DNA from: a virus | Taxonomy: Duplodnaviria; Caudoviricetes | Strand: one strand, 5' to 3' | Virus record (IMG/VR): IMGVR_UViG_3300043432_000485 | Coordinates: 128,001-192,000 of that record | DNA length: 64,000 nt | Shown here: piece after piece, positions 1-9,686 of the stretch | Layout of the letters: each line of letters opens with the position of its first letter | Position numbering within the stretch: position 1 is the first letter of the stretch | Made by a program: the position numbers and the translations under genes | Notes under the pieces: model-generated | What the model was told of the DNA's origin: nothing | Seen by the model: only the letters and a program-made list of their open reading frames with translations | Databases searched by the model: none

Positions 1-1317
1 ATCGAACAAGGTCCATCCGATCGTTCCATTAGCTACATCGGGGAGAGTAAAGCTGGAGTCCAGCTTCACTACGGTGGCGGACACTCTAGAAGTGATCCGG
101 TAAGTCCCGGCATTCAGGGTCCCGGTCAATGTGATGTAGAGCCCGACGTGCTGAGCAGTGATCACCGCCGTCGGAAGGGTCAGCTGAGTTTGGCTGTTGA
201 TGGTAGCAGTGGCTCCACTCTGCAGAGTGAGCGCGGGCTTCGTGATGGGACCGTGGTCCGTGTAAACGGAACGAGACTCCAGCGCGGGGGAGCCAGTGAA
301 AATCGCTTGATTGAATGTTGGATCGATCGGGTTGCCCGCCACATCGTGAGGTGTTCCGCTCGCATTCACTGCCAGGGTATAGGTCCCGGTCCCCATGCCC
401 ACCGTGGTCAGCATGACCCTCGACGGTGTGATCGTCTGAACCGTCTTGACCTGTACCGTAGAAGGCCCTGTGATTGTGTACTCGCTCGGAGACAGAAGCG
501 TCGGATCAATGCGCATCGTGTCCGAGAAGTCGATGATTACTTGGCCGGAAGCCAGCTGAGAAGCGGACTGCACTCTTGGCTTGTCCGAGACAGCTGTGAA
601 AGATTGCTGATCGTTGTAAGGGGCGCCCGTGTTGGTTCCCAGGCCGGACACAAACAACGTGTAGGGTGCTCCTGAGGTGGGCTTGTTGATCGTGAGACCT
701 ACTCCCTGCAGAGGGGACGTATGGGTCCAGGCTATCTGGCGCTCTTCAGATACAGGGTACTCCCTGTCAAGAATCACCGCCCCATCACCATTGATCCCAA
801 CCACCCTAAACGTGAAAGTGGTAGCGGAATCCTGCAACGTGATGTAGTCCCCAATGCTGAAAGGGACTGTCGCCCCTATGGCATAGAACAACCGCGTGTG
901 TGACGGCTGGATGTAGTCCAGGTCCGCTCGCATCCCGGAGGAACCTTGGGCATGCATCGACGTCTGATGCTGTGCCGACAAGCTCGATTGCCCGGCTAGG
1001 GTGGCTTGCCCTTGCAACAGCATCCTGGCCTGTCCTTGCATCGCCGAGTTGGCCGTGCTGAGAACATGGGCTAGAGTGGCGTTGGCCGTGAACCCTGAGG
1101 ACCCCTGAACGATACAGAAAGGGTTGCCCGAGGGCTTCCCGACGAATCCGAACCCAGTCCCGTATGTGGTGAACAGCAATTCGACGGCTTGAACCCCAAC
1201 AGGAACCGCACCCACGCCCGGCTGCACGCGATAGTGAACCGGATCCGCAGCCCCTCGGAATGCCAGAGGGGTGCTGAATGTCACGGTGAGCAAGGTGCCG
1301 TTGCTGTTTACGATCAT
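1..1317 (-). CDS. Ig-like domain virion structural protein (baseplate/fibre-associated), 3'-truncated at the window edge; missing from the ORF track
   Basis: Manual translation from ATG at 1317 (MIVNSNGTLLTVTFSTPL...) stays open for 439 codons to position 1. It contains a Big/SbsA-like segment (IIDFSDTMRIDPTLLSPSEYTITGP...HDVAGNPID), is beta-rich, and starts 2 nt after the upstream stop. Confidence 0.75.
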   Translation of the reverse strand, partial: MIVNSNGTLLTVTFSTPLAFRGAADPVHYRVQPGVGAVPVGVQAVELLFTTYGTGFGFVGKPSGNPFCIVQGSSGFTANATLAHVLSTANSAMQGQARMLLQGQATLAGQSSLSAQHQTSMHAQGSSGMRADLDYIQPSHTRLFYAIGATVPFSIGDYITLQDSATTFTFRVVGINGDGAVILDREYPVSEERQIAWTHTSPLQGVGLTINKPTSGAPYTLFVSGLGTNTGAPYNDQQSFTAVSDKPRVQSASQLASGQVIIDFSDTMRIDPTLLSPSEYTITGPSTVQVKTVQTITPSRVMLTTVGMGTGTYTLAVNASGTPHDVAGNPIDPTFNQAIFTGSPALESRSVYTDHGPITKPALTLQSGATATINSQTQLTLPTAVITAQHVGLYITLTGTLNAGTYRITSRVSATVVKLDSSFTLPDVANGTIGWTLFD

Positions 1318-1319
1318 TG

Positions 1320-2828
1320 TCACGGATGCAGGAATAGAGAAGGATTCTGCTTGATGAAGCGCTCAAGTGCGCGCCGAGCCCGAGGAGCTACACCAACCTC
1401 TTGGGTTCCCGATCTGTGGGAAAAAATATTCTCACGAAGAGCAAACCGGGCTGCAACCTTGAGTGCCAGCCTCATGACCTGCTTGCCGTAAAGGCCAGAC
1501 AAGGACAGGGCACGCTGCATACGAAACTTAGCGGTTGAGGTCAACTTCTCCGGGGCTCCCATGAACGCCACAAAAGACTCGGCAAAGTCCTCCTTCTCAT
1601 TCGTCATACCGTAGTCTGATACGATCTCAAGTTTGGCCATGGCCTCATCGACTGCCTTAGCAATCGCTGGGTCACTCTCTGACATCTCAGCTACTGTCTC
1701 TGACGGGACACCGTAATCCCCCGCCCAAGTCAGACCAAGCCTATCTGCTATTTGCTCAGCTTTTCGTGTCAAGCGCTCTTGAAAGTCCGGATCCGTTGTC
1801 TCCAACCGGAAGTTCTCTTTCATGTACCTCGCCGGATTGGATAGGAAGTCGAACACTGGCTTACCCTCCTTGGTAAGCTTCCATTGCTTAGCCGTGATCA
1901 ACGGGTTCCCCATCAAAGGGGATCTGAGCCATGCGCCGTATTTGACCTTGGCTGCTCCCTTCAACTTCTTGGCCACACGACCAATGTCCCAGTCGTTGTC
2001 CTTCAAGAGGTCGTAGAACTCCAAGCGTTCCGCATGAGTGATCTTGCCGAACAGGTCGTCCTTGATCTTTTTCTTCTCGTTGACCTCAGCCCAACCTTGA
2101 TCCCAAGCAGCTTTGGCATCGGGCGGAAGAAAATGAAGATGAACGTGATGCCCTACTTCGTGCAGGAACACCTCGTTGACCCACTTCATAAAGCGGCCCT
2201 TACCTGCGCCTGCAGCCTTGGCGGACATTTCGATCTCCCGGGCCGCAGGTATGTAATACCCGAAGGTAGTGAAGTTGCCTTGGCCTTCACCCAGAGCAGG
2301 CATCAGCCTGACTGTCGTAATGGTCTCCCTCAGGATAGGGGTCACTCCCCTTTTCTTGAACAGCGCCACCACATAGTCGACACCTTCTAGGAGCATGCGG
2401 CACTGGACTTCCCCCATGCGCTCTGGGTTTTCAATCTTGAACCCCTGGTAAGAAAAACGTGCTGGTGCGGAGCGGTCCAAAGCCCCCTGAATCTCGGCAG
2501 CATAGGCATCCAAAAGCTCAAAGAACTGAGACGGCTCCGCCTTGCCCTCAAGGACCTCCATGACCTTTCGGCCTGGTATCGATTGCATGCTAGGCATCTC
2601 GGACAAGTTGAAGCACTCGGTTAGCCATCTCTTGAAAGGGCCGTCCCATATCGGAGCCGTCCCATCGTGTCGAAACGCAAACCTCCCCAGCAGCTCTTCG
2701 AACTTCGCTATCTCTTTCTCGGAATCCGGGAGATTGTTCCGGAACTTCTGAGCCTCATCATATTTGCGCTGGAACTGCCTTACTGCATCCATCGCATCCT
2801 CAAAGAGACTGGTAGGCTTAGAAGTCAT
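1320..2828 (-). CDS. Putative zinc metallopeptidase (HExxH plus distal E), possible virion-carried protein
   Basis: FLHEVGHHVH at about 2148-2162 and downstream YGMTNEKEDFAESF, the usual third-ligand motif of lethal-factor/MtfA-like peptidases. Confidence 0.65.
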   Translation of the reverse strand: MTSKPTSLFEDAMDAVRQFQRKYDEAQKFRNNLPDSEKEIAKFEELLGRFAFRHDGTAPIWDGPFKRWLTECFNLSEMPSMQSIPGRKVMEVLEGKAEPSQFFELLDAYAAEIQGALDRSAPARFSYQGFKIENPERMGEVQCRMLLEGVDYVVALFKKRGVTPILRETITTVRLMPALGEGQGNFTTFGYYIPAAREIEMSAKAAGAGKGRFMKWVNEVFLHEVGHHVHLHFLPPDAKAAWDQGWAEVNEKKKIKDDLFGKITHAERLEFYDLLKDNDWDIGRVAKKLKGAAKVKYGAWLRSPLMGNPLITAKQWKLTKEGKPVFDFLSNPARYMKENFRLETTDPDFQERLTRKAEQIADRLGLTWAGDYGVPSETVAEMSESDPAIAKAVDEAMAKLEIVSDYGMTNEKEDFAESFVAFMGAPEKLTSTAKFRMQRALSLSGLYGKQVMRLALKVAARFALRENIFSHRSGTQEVGVAPRARRALERFIKQNPSLFLHP

Positions 2829-3633
2829 CGCTGTGGTCCTCTCCGGTGACCACTTGATTCACCTTGGTGCCAAGCCGATCTCTGTCTTTGATGCCCTGCC
2901 AGTAATGACGAAAGTCGTCATAGTGGTAGATGGACATCTTCCAACGCATGGCGTCCAGAATGCGTCCAATTGTGTCATTGGGGATGTAGGTATCCGTGAA
3001 GATGTACCGGATCCGGAACAGCGTGTGAGCTGGCCTGACCAGATCTAAGAGCTGCCTGATCGCAGAGTCCGCCTCGAAGATGTTTGGTGGGAACCCACCC
3101 CCGGGAGGAGCGATATAGTCGATGTTGAAGATGAATTCATCCGAGATGTCCAGCCCGCTCGCTCCCTGTCGGACGAGCAAGAAGTCCTCGGTCACCGTCA
3201 CGTTGCCGGAGAAAAAGAGGTCAACCACATCCTTCATCGACTGTGGCACTGAGCCCTGGAAGTAGATCCGAACCAGATTGAGGAAGAACTGACGAAACTC
3301 CTCATCCGAGAATCCAAGATCCGGGAGCTTGTTGTTGACCAGTACGAGGTACCCGACGATCGACCAGAGGAAATCGGATCTGGTGTGCTGGAAGTCACGA
3401 TCTCTATCCACGTCCTCCAAGGCAAGCTCAAGCCTGGACAGCTCCACCGCCACAGCCTTCAGAGCCTGGGTGTAGTTGGGGCCTTGAATCGCGCTAGAAT
3501 ACGAACTGGGTAGGAGATTGAGCAGGGTGGAGAAGATCGTCTGGGATCTCTGCATCAAGCGGAGGGAGTACTCCTTCCCGCGTTGTTCCACAGTGCTATT
3601 TAGCCTGTTTGAATCATAAACAAACCTAGCCAT
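2818..3633 (-). CDS. Baseplate wedge protein (P2 gpI / T4 gp7-like)
   Basis: Probable start MARFV at 3633, overlapping the upstream stop. Has LLDLVRPAHTLFRIRY, typical of gpI-like wedge proteins, and lies downstream of the gpJ-like gene. Confidence 0.6.
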   Translation of the reverse strand: MARFVYDSNRLNSTVEQRGKEYSLRLMQRSQTIFSTLLNLLPSSYSSAIQGPNYTQALKAVAVELSRLELALEDVDRDRDFQHTRSDFLWSIVGYLVLVNNKLPDLGFSDEEFRQFFLNLVRIYFQGSVPQSMKDVVDLFFSGNVTVTEDFLLVRQGASGLDISDEFIFNIDYIAPPGGGFPPNIFEADSAIRQLLDLVRPAHTLFRIRYIFTDTYIPNDTIGRILDAMRWKMSIYHYDDFRHYWQGIKDRDRLGTKVNQVVTGEDHSDDF

Positions 3634-4351
3634 TGGCCACCACCTTCCGTGGTCGGTTCTTTGCGGCCTCTGACATACGCTGGCGCGCTTCCGCACTCCG
3701 CTTAGCGCCTAGATGAATCTCAACCAACTTAGCCATGTGTTCTGCAGTATTGGTTCTTCTGCCCCTAAGGGCACTAGCGATTTTGGCCTTAGTTTTCTCT
3801 GGCATAGGCCCGTGAGAAATCTCTCTAGCAACTTCAGACAGACGCTGCTTGTGACTGTCGCTTAGGCTCCGGCCCGACAAAGAAGCAGAGAGCTTCTTCC
3901 TCTGCTCAATTGACATTGTTCGGCCGCTAAGTGCCTCGGACATCCTGGCCCGAGCCTCGGGCGTTCGCTCACGCCCTCGCTGCGCTTCGGAGATTTTTTT
4001 CTTTCCCTCAGCGCTGATTGTGACCCCCGGCAGCCCTCTTCGTCCCCCACCCGTGCCCCCGGGTGAGTGATTGGTCAGCCTGGCTCCGCGCTCACGCTCG
4101 GTAGCGATCATCTGTATTTCTAGGGCATCCAGCTCTTCTTCAGAGCCGGCTTCACGCAGAGGCTTAATCAAGGGGGCCAAGCCCTTGTTCTTCAACTCTC
4201 GCAGCCAGTGAGAGGCGTGCCGTTTCGCCTTTAGATTCACAGCGGCCATGTGACCACGCAAACGCACCTCAAGCGGGACTATGGTTTGTCCAATGTATCG
4301 CAACTCATCAGTTAGAGGGTCGTATAACCCATAGACTACGCCGTAAGCCAT
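3626..4351 (-). CDS. GIY-YIG homing endonuclease with NUMOD3 repeats
   Basis: VVYGLYDP...RYIGQT, R and E catalytic positions, LTNHSPGG, then repeated SxExKxKISxA units. Confidence 0.88.
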   Translation of the reverse strand: MAYGVVYGLYDPLTDELRYIGQTIVPLEVRLRGHMAAVNLKAKRHASHWLRELKNKGLAPLIKPLREAGSEEELDALEIQMIATERERGARLTNHSPGGTGGGRRGLPGVTISAEGKKKISEAQRGRERTPEARARMSEALSGRTMSIEQRKKLSASLSGRSLSDSHKQRLSEVAREISHGPMPEKTKAKIASALRGRRTNTAEHMAKLVEIHLGAKRSAEARQRMSEAAKNRPRKVVANG

Positions 4352-7300
4352 CAGCCCTCCGTGAAGTTGCGGTAGGTGACCGTTAGGATACCAAGGTCAA
4401 TGACCTCCATAGCCGAAACACTGATGTCATGGGATCCGGAGTCCCCACGGATGACATATGAGACTGCGTAGACATGGTTGGCAGGGTTGTCCTGTGGAAT
4501 GCCCGATCCTAGCAAAGAAACTGCCACGTGATTGGCCGTTCGGCGAAGGCGCTCAGCCACATACTGGTTGGATAGGAACCCTTCGCTAGCTAGGGTGGCG
4601 TCATCCGAGTACCCGGCAATGATGGCCCCTCCAGACCCAATGATGAACGCTTGGTTAGCAGCCGTTCCAACCGATGCTAGGTCAGCAGACAGGGACATGG
4701 CAATGTCATCCTGGAACACTCCCTTGTGTTCCGTGTCCAGCCCTCCCCCATCGGTGGTTGAGAACTCCAGAGGGTTGGTCAGGATGTACACCAGGTTGCC
4801 GCCGATGTCCAAAGAGCCAACGTGAGTATACGTGGAGAGTACGCCCTCCCTCAGCTTGTGGCTGCCGTCTGCGTAAGCCATGCGTGCCATGGGCAAGACG
4901 TTGAACTGCACACCAGTGCTATCGTTGATGGCCGAGTCCACATTGGACTGAGCCACACCTTGCCCGATGAGCTTCTTGTCTAGATCCAGCGATACGTTGT
5001 TGCGGATGATGGGATCCGTCTTGTCTTTGGCGGCCCCACTGGCTAGCTGCACCGTGGTCTCGATGTTGATGTCATTTTGCACGGCCTGCTTGACCAGGAC
5101 ATCAGCGGTGACGTGCCGCTTGTTGTTCAGGATCTCCTGGAGTTGCTGCAGCAACTCGTTGACCACGTAGGTCACTGTGAAGTTTTCATCATGCACGTAA
5201 TCGATCGACACCTCTTGCCCATTGGCAATCTGGGACGCTGCTGTGCGGACGATCTTGGCCGGAGTCGTAGACGTTCCAGGTATGATGTCATAGTCCGGAG
5301 TGGATGACTCGGGGCGCAGGAACTCCTGGGTTCGCTGTTCGTTGAACACTCGGATGGTAGCCGTGTTGATTCCAATCGAGTTCAGGGGCTCTTGCTCGAA
5401 CCCAATCATCACGTGCAGCTCGTTGTTGACCGTGATGGTGTCCCCAGATGGGATGCCGCCAGATGGAGTGATGGATACGTAGTTCTTGGCAATCGTGCTC
5501 TCCCCATCCAGCAGGGGGTCGTCCGTTTTGAACAGCTGGTAGTGCACGTCCGGAGTCAGAGCCCCGGATACCTCTCCAACGACTGACACCACTCTCCTGA
5601 CAGGTTGGATGGTCATGAACAACTGGTTCAGCACCTGGAAGCGGTAGTCAGCAATGACCACGTCATCCAGAGTAGTGACCGGCTGAGTGATGATGGTGTT
5701 GTCGATCGTGAATGTCTGGTAGTCGATGATGTTCACACCGGTCAGATCGTAGTCCTGCCCAAGTGTGACGTTCCTGACCCCCAACCCTTGGATCGGGTTG
5801 TTCAAGATCTCGATGATTGGGGTGTTGGGGGTGACGCGAGAGTCCAGCACTCGAAGTGTGACGAGCGTCGGGGTGATGCTCAGGACTTGGCACTGGATGT
5901 TGAGTGCCACATCGAAAGTGAATGCAAACTTGTCCTGTACCTGACGCTCCTGAACGCCTTGAACCCAGACATCGACCTTGCCTCCGATGTGCTTATGCCG
6001 GACGTCGTCATAATCCCTCATCATCAGAGGGTCGCCACTCTTGATGATCTTGGTCCGAATGACCCCAATCTTGGCAGCGGCCGTGGCGGCATACCCGGAT
6101 TCCGTTCCGGTGTCGACTGAGGCAAAGCCCAACATCGAGCGAGAGGCCAAGTCAGCGTTGGTCTCCTGATCATCTCCGAACACCGTCGCCGACTCGTTGA
6201 CAGCTTGCAGCCCGGAAACACCGATCAAAGTCTTGATGGACTTAGGAGGAACGTTGCCAGCGCTTCCCGCTGACTCTGCAACGATGGGCACCCGAATTTC
6301 GTACCTCTTCTCATCGAAGTTGTAGAATGCCTCTGCGTTGGTAGAGGGTAGCACAAACGAGCCACCGATGCGGAAACGCTGAGAGGTGATCCCAGTGGAC
6401 GCATCAGCGGTTGAGACCGCAATGGACCCAGCTGGCACGGGGATGTCTTTAGCCGGGCGCGTTGTCGTGTAGAGAGTGAGGGTGCCGGTTGATTGACGTC
6501 CACCCAAGCGAGTCTTGTTCACGTTGGCCGCCAGCTTGTCGAACTGCTGGTCAATCAAACCCTGGACCGCATTGTCGCTCGTGAAGCCAAGAGCGGACTT
6601 CAGTGCTTGCTTGTACGCACTGCTGGCCACTGGATCCGAGTCCCCGTTGCCGCTCACATTGTCGATAGGCAAGAGAGTGAGAAAGCTCTGGCTACGGTGG
6701 ACGAAGTCCAACAAGAACCAGATGCGGGACGCCTCGGACGAGAATGGATCGATGTCCACGTCCCTGGACACAGACCCAGGGATCAAAGACACTTCCGCGT
6801 TCACGCGAAGGACTGCCCTCATGTAATCGGTCGCGATGTCCGCTTGACGGCGACCAGGAAGGTCTCGGATCGTGGTGTCAATGATCAGGGGTGAACCCAG
6901 CACTTCCTGAGAGTAGGGTGTCTCAATCTCAGTGTTGGTGGAAGGGTTGAAATACACGCCAGTGACGACGTAGTACAGCGGGTCAGAAGACGGGACGCTG
7001 AGGAACTGGTCCGTGTTGATGATCCCATCCCCACCGTTTCGATCATGAGTGAACACCAGGAACTCGTCCAAGGTGTAGTTCTGCAGCAACCCTGAGAATC
7101 GTAACTTACCACCCAAGGTGGTGATGCCATGGAAGGAGTCCAAGCGGACTGCCAGTTCGTTACCGAACTCGTCCTCCTCGGAGATGCGGAGCCTCACTGT
7201 CTTGGCGGCACTGACATCCCACAAGGCTAGATCGTCGAACGATGTGATGTCCGTTTCTTCAAACTGACTAGGGGACGAAATGGGCTTGTCATTGACTCTG

Positions 7301-7836
7301 AAGTACCCAGATGCTCCGGAGGGCTCAGACGAAGCATAGAAGTTGTAGCCTAGGAAGGTGGCGGTCTGGGTGGTGACCAGGACGGCGGTCCCCGTGTCGT
7401 CTATGATGACGTTGGTCAACGGCTGCGGTTTGGCCGCCAGGATTTTGATGTGGTCCCGATACCGAAGGACCCGGATACCCGTTGGGATCTGAGTGCCGGT
7501 AGTGTCCGAGTCCACGATCCTGGTCACGATGACAGAAGAGGTTGCCGATACGCCACCAACAATGTCGATGGTACGGATCAGGATCGTGTTGACCCCGAAG
7601 TCCAAAGGCAGGCCAGTGGGGTAGACAGACAGATTGGGGATCGTGAACGTCTGCAGCACGAAGCTGATGAAGTTTGGGTCAGAGACAAAGGCTCCCCCAT
7701 TGATCGACAACTGCACCGAGACCGTGTCAGGACTCACGGTACCAGTGATGAATATGGCCTCCTCGTTGGTAGAGAAAACCAGATTCGTGGTGAACCCGCT
7801 GCCATCTCTGAGTGCTATTTGTGGTGCTGTAGCCAT
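4351..7836 (-). CDS. Baseplate J-like wedge protein (T4 gp6-like) with extra N- and C-terminal domains
   Basis: Core with GSVSRDVDIDP, FDKLAANVNKTR, VPIVAESAGSAGNVP, AVNESATVFGDDQETNADLASR and GGKVDVWV, characteristic of gpJ proteins. Confidence 0.85.
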   Translation of the reverse strand: MATAPQIALRDGSGFTTNLVFSTNEEAIFITGTVSPDTVSVQLSINGGAFVSDPNFISFVLQTFTIPNLSVYPTGLPLDFGVNTILIRTIDIVGGVSATSSVIVTRIVDSDTTGTQIPTGIRVLRYRDHIKILAAKPQPLTNVIIDDTGTAVLVTTQTATFLGYNFYASSEPSGASGYFRVNDKPISSPSQFEETDITSFDDLALWDVSAAKTVRLRISEEDEFGNELAVRLDSFHGITTLGGKLRFSGLLQNYTLDEFLVFTHDRNGGDGIINTDQFLSVPSSDPLYYVVTGVYFNPSTNTEIETPYSQEVLGSPLIIDTTIRDLPGRRQADIATDYMRAVLRVNAEVSLIPGSVSRDVDIDPFSSEASRIWFLLDFVHRSQSFLTLLPIDNVSGNGDSDPVASSAYKQALKSALGFTSDNAVQGLIDQQFDKLAANVNKTRLGGRQSTGTLTLYTTTRPAKDIPVPAGSIAVSTADASTGITSQRFRIGGSFVLPSTNAEAFYNFDEKRYEIRVPIVAESAGSAGNVPPKSIKTLIGVSGLQAVNESATVFGDDQETNADLASRSMLGFASVDTGTESGYAATAAAKIGVIRTKIIKSGDPLMMRDYDDVRHKHIGGKVDVWVQGVQERQVQDKFAFTFDVALNIQCQVLSITPTLVTLRVLDSRVTPNTPIIEILNNPIQGLGVRNVTLGQDYDLTGVNIIDYQTFTIDNTIITQPVTTLDDVVIADYRFQVLNQLFMTIQPVRRVVSVVGEVSGALTPDVHYQLFKTDDPLLDGESTIAKNYVSITPSGGIPSGDTITVNNELHVMIGFEQEPLNSIGINTATIRVFNEQRTQEFLRPESSTPDYDIIPGTSTTPAKIVRTAASQIANGQEVSIDYVHDENFTVTYVVNELLQQLQEILNNKRHVTADVLVKQAVQNDINIETTVQLASGAAKDKTDPIIRNNVSLDLDKKLIGQGVAQSNVDSAINDSTGVQFNVLPMARMAYADGSHKLREGVLSTYTHVGSLDIGGNLVYILTNPLEFSTTDGGGLDTEHKGVFQDDIAMSLSADLASVGTAANQAFIIGSGGAIIAGYSDDATLASEGFLSNQYVAERLRRTANHVAVSLLGSGIPQDNPANHVYAVSYVIRGDSGSHDISVSAMEVIDLGILTVTYRNFTEG

Positions 7837-7847
7837 GTGATCTTATC

Positions 7848-8984
7848 TCAGCTCGACTGGGTAAAGGAACCGCTCAGGGAGCGGCGGATGGTCCCTGATG
7901 TGTTGCCCACTAGTTCCAAGGATTGGGGGATTCTCAAACCTCTGGTGAGCTGAATGGGGTCGTTAGAACGGTTCTGTATCGTGACCGTCACGAAGATGAC
8001 CGTTGGATCTTGGGTGCTCTGCTCCAGGTTCACTGAGAGCAGTCTGAACGGATACTCTCGGTCGGACACGAACTGGTTGAGGTCCGTTTCCTGCTGGTTC
8101 TTGATGGACTGCCATCGATTGAAAGCTTGATGGATGTCGGACACGATTAGGTTCTGAGCGAAGCCCCCTGCGGTCAACTTCTTGCCAATGGCTTCAATCA
8201 ACCCTGTGCCGTACCAGAGATGGAATGGGTTGCTCCCACGAATCGTGTAGAAGTCCTTCTGCAGCTCCTGAATGAGCAAAGCCTCATCCCTGACCTCAAT
8301 GACATTGCCCCCAGCATCATAGCGCCAGTCGTTCTCAAATCCTGACCCGCCGCAACGCCGGCACTCTTCCCGGACCGTCGTGTAAGAGATCTCCACGAAG
8401 TTGGACCCGCTCCGAAGTGGCGTGTCGAACACGATGAGCCGCGTTGGGCGGTCCGCCAAAGTGGTGGGGTCACTAACCAGGGTCCAACCTGGTACTAGCT
8501 GCTGACCGCGGTACTCGCGGTTGGTCTGGAATCCCAACAGGTCCGCTGCCGTAGATGTGGCGCTCAGAAAGATGCTGGACCCAGGGCCGGATTCTCTGGA
8601 CTCGAACTGCAACTTGGAGTTGGCTACCGAGAACAGCACCCCGTCTAACTGTTGGTTCAGCTTCCCTGCGACTTGAGCCGGGTCCATCTTGAAGGCCGTG
8701 GGCAGAATGGCAGTCTGCATAGGCCCCTGATTCACCTTCATCTGGATCGTGTCATTCACCCCGGAGGTGAATGAAAACGGTCCGCGCCGGGTACCAAAGG
8801 TCCGTGCCGGCAAGGCCACGCCATCTGAAGGAACGGTGATCGAATTGTTGAGCAGAACCTTCACCGAAGTGGAGGACGAGATGGGGCGGATTGGGCGGAT
8901 CGTTGCCCGGTCAGCCGAGAGGTATAGGGCTTCTTCCGAAACGGCATGTGGGCACACTTGATCTACAGCCCTATCTGAAGACAT
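7848..8984 (-). CDS. Baseplate gp25/gpW-like sheath initiator with inserted N-terminal domain
   Basis: C-terminal LIQELQKDFYTIRGSNPFHLWYGTGL...LLSVNLEQSTQDPTVIFVTVTI resembles the gp25 fold; adjacent to the gpJ-like gene. Confidence 0.7.
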   Translation of the reverse strand: MSSDRAVDQVCPHAVSEEALYLSADRATIRPIRPISSSTSVKVLLNNSITVPSDGVALPARTFGTRRGPFSFTSGVNDTIQMKVNQGPMQTAILPTAFKMDPAQVAGKLNQQLDGVLFSVANSKLQFESRESGPGSSIFLSATSTAADLLGFQTNREYRGQQLVPGWTLVSDPTTLADRPTRLIVFDTPLRSGSNFVEISYTTVREECRRCGGSGFENDWRYDAGGNVIEVRDEALLIQELQKDFYTIRGSNPFHLWYGTGLIEAIGKKLTAGGFAQNLIVSDIHQAFNRWQSIKNQQETDLNQFVSDREYPFRLLSVNLEQSTQDPTVIFVTVTIQNRSNDPIQLTRGLRIPQSLELVGNTSGTIRRSLSGSFTQSS

Positions 8985-9679
8985 GATTCTGCTCTCTTTC
9001 TAGCGTGTACAAGCAAGGCTACCTCACGCATGCGTTCCACTCTTTCAGGTGAGAGCTTCCTGCCCTTGTTGGAGGCACTGATTTTCTCTTTTGTCTCTGG
9101 GGGGCATGGCTTGGAATTCGCTGCCGCTATTTTTGCCTTGGCCTCATCTGAATGCTTTTTGCCCATATGAGAAGAGGACATCCGGTTCTTGGTCTCCTCA
9201 GAATGATGTGTTCCTCTCTTGAGGTCCCCTATCAAGGCCTTAGATTCATCGGAATGTCTATATTTGCTAGACGCGGCTGATATTTTCCTCTTGGTCTCTT
9301 CTGAGTGTTTTCTGCCTCTATTTGCGGCTGAGATCTTGGCTCGACTCTCCGCAGTTGGTCTGGAGGACTTGCCCCCTTTGGATACATTATAGCCAACACT
9401 TCGTTCCCAGGTGCCCAGTCTATCAATCCAAGAGGCTTCCAAGGCGTCCAGCACATCTCCTGAACAACAAACACGTTCAACCACTGTCAAAGAAGGGGTA
9501 CCATATTTCTGGATGGCTAAGGTCACGAGACAAGCTCTAGATGTTCCAGTTCGTAGATGACCAGCCAGTCGGGCATCGGCACCTATGGTAGTCTGTCCGA
9601 CATACTTCTTCCCATTGGGGAAATTTAGAACATAAATCTCCCCGCAAAGCAGACCTTGAAGTAGGTTCAAACAGATCAT
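8963..9679 (-). CDS. GIY-YIG homing endonuclease with NUMOD3 repeats
   Basis: EIYVLNFPNGKKYVGQT...R..GH, GYNVSKGG, and repeated HSEETKxKIS; visibly more AT-rich than its neighbours. Confidence 0.88.
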   Translation of the reverse strand: MICLNLLQGLLCGEIYVLNFPNGKKYVGQTTIGADARLAGHLRTGTSRACLVTLAIQKYGTPSLTVVERVCCSGDVLDALEASWIDRLGTWERSVGYNVSKGGKSSRPTAESRAKISAANRGRKHSEETKRKISAASSKYRHSDESKALIGDLKRGTHHSEETKNRMSSSHMGKKHSDEAKAKIAAANSKPCPPETKEKISASNKGRKLSPERVERMREVALLVHARKRAESCLQIGL

Positions 9680-9686
9680 CGATCCT

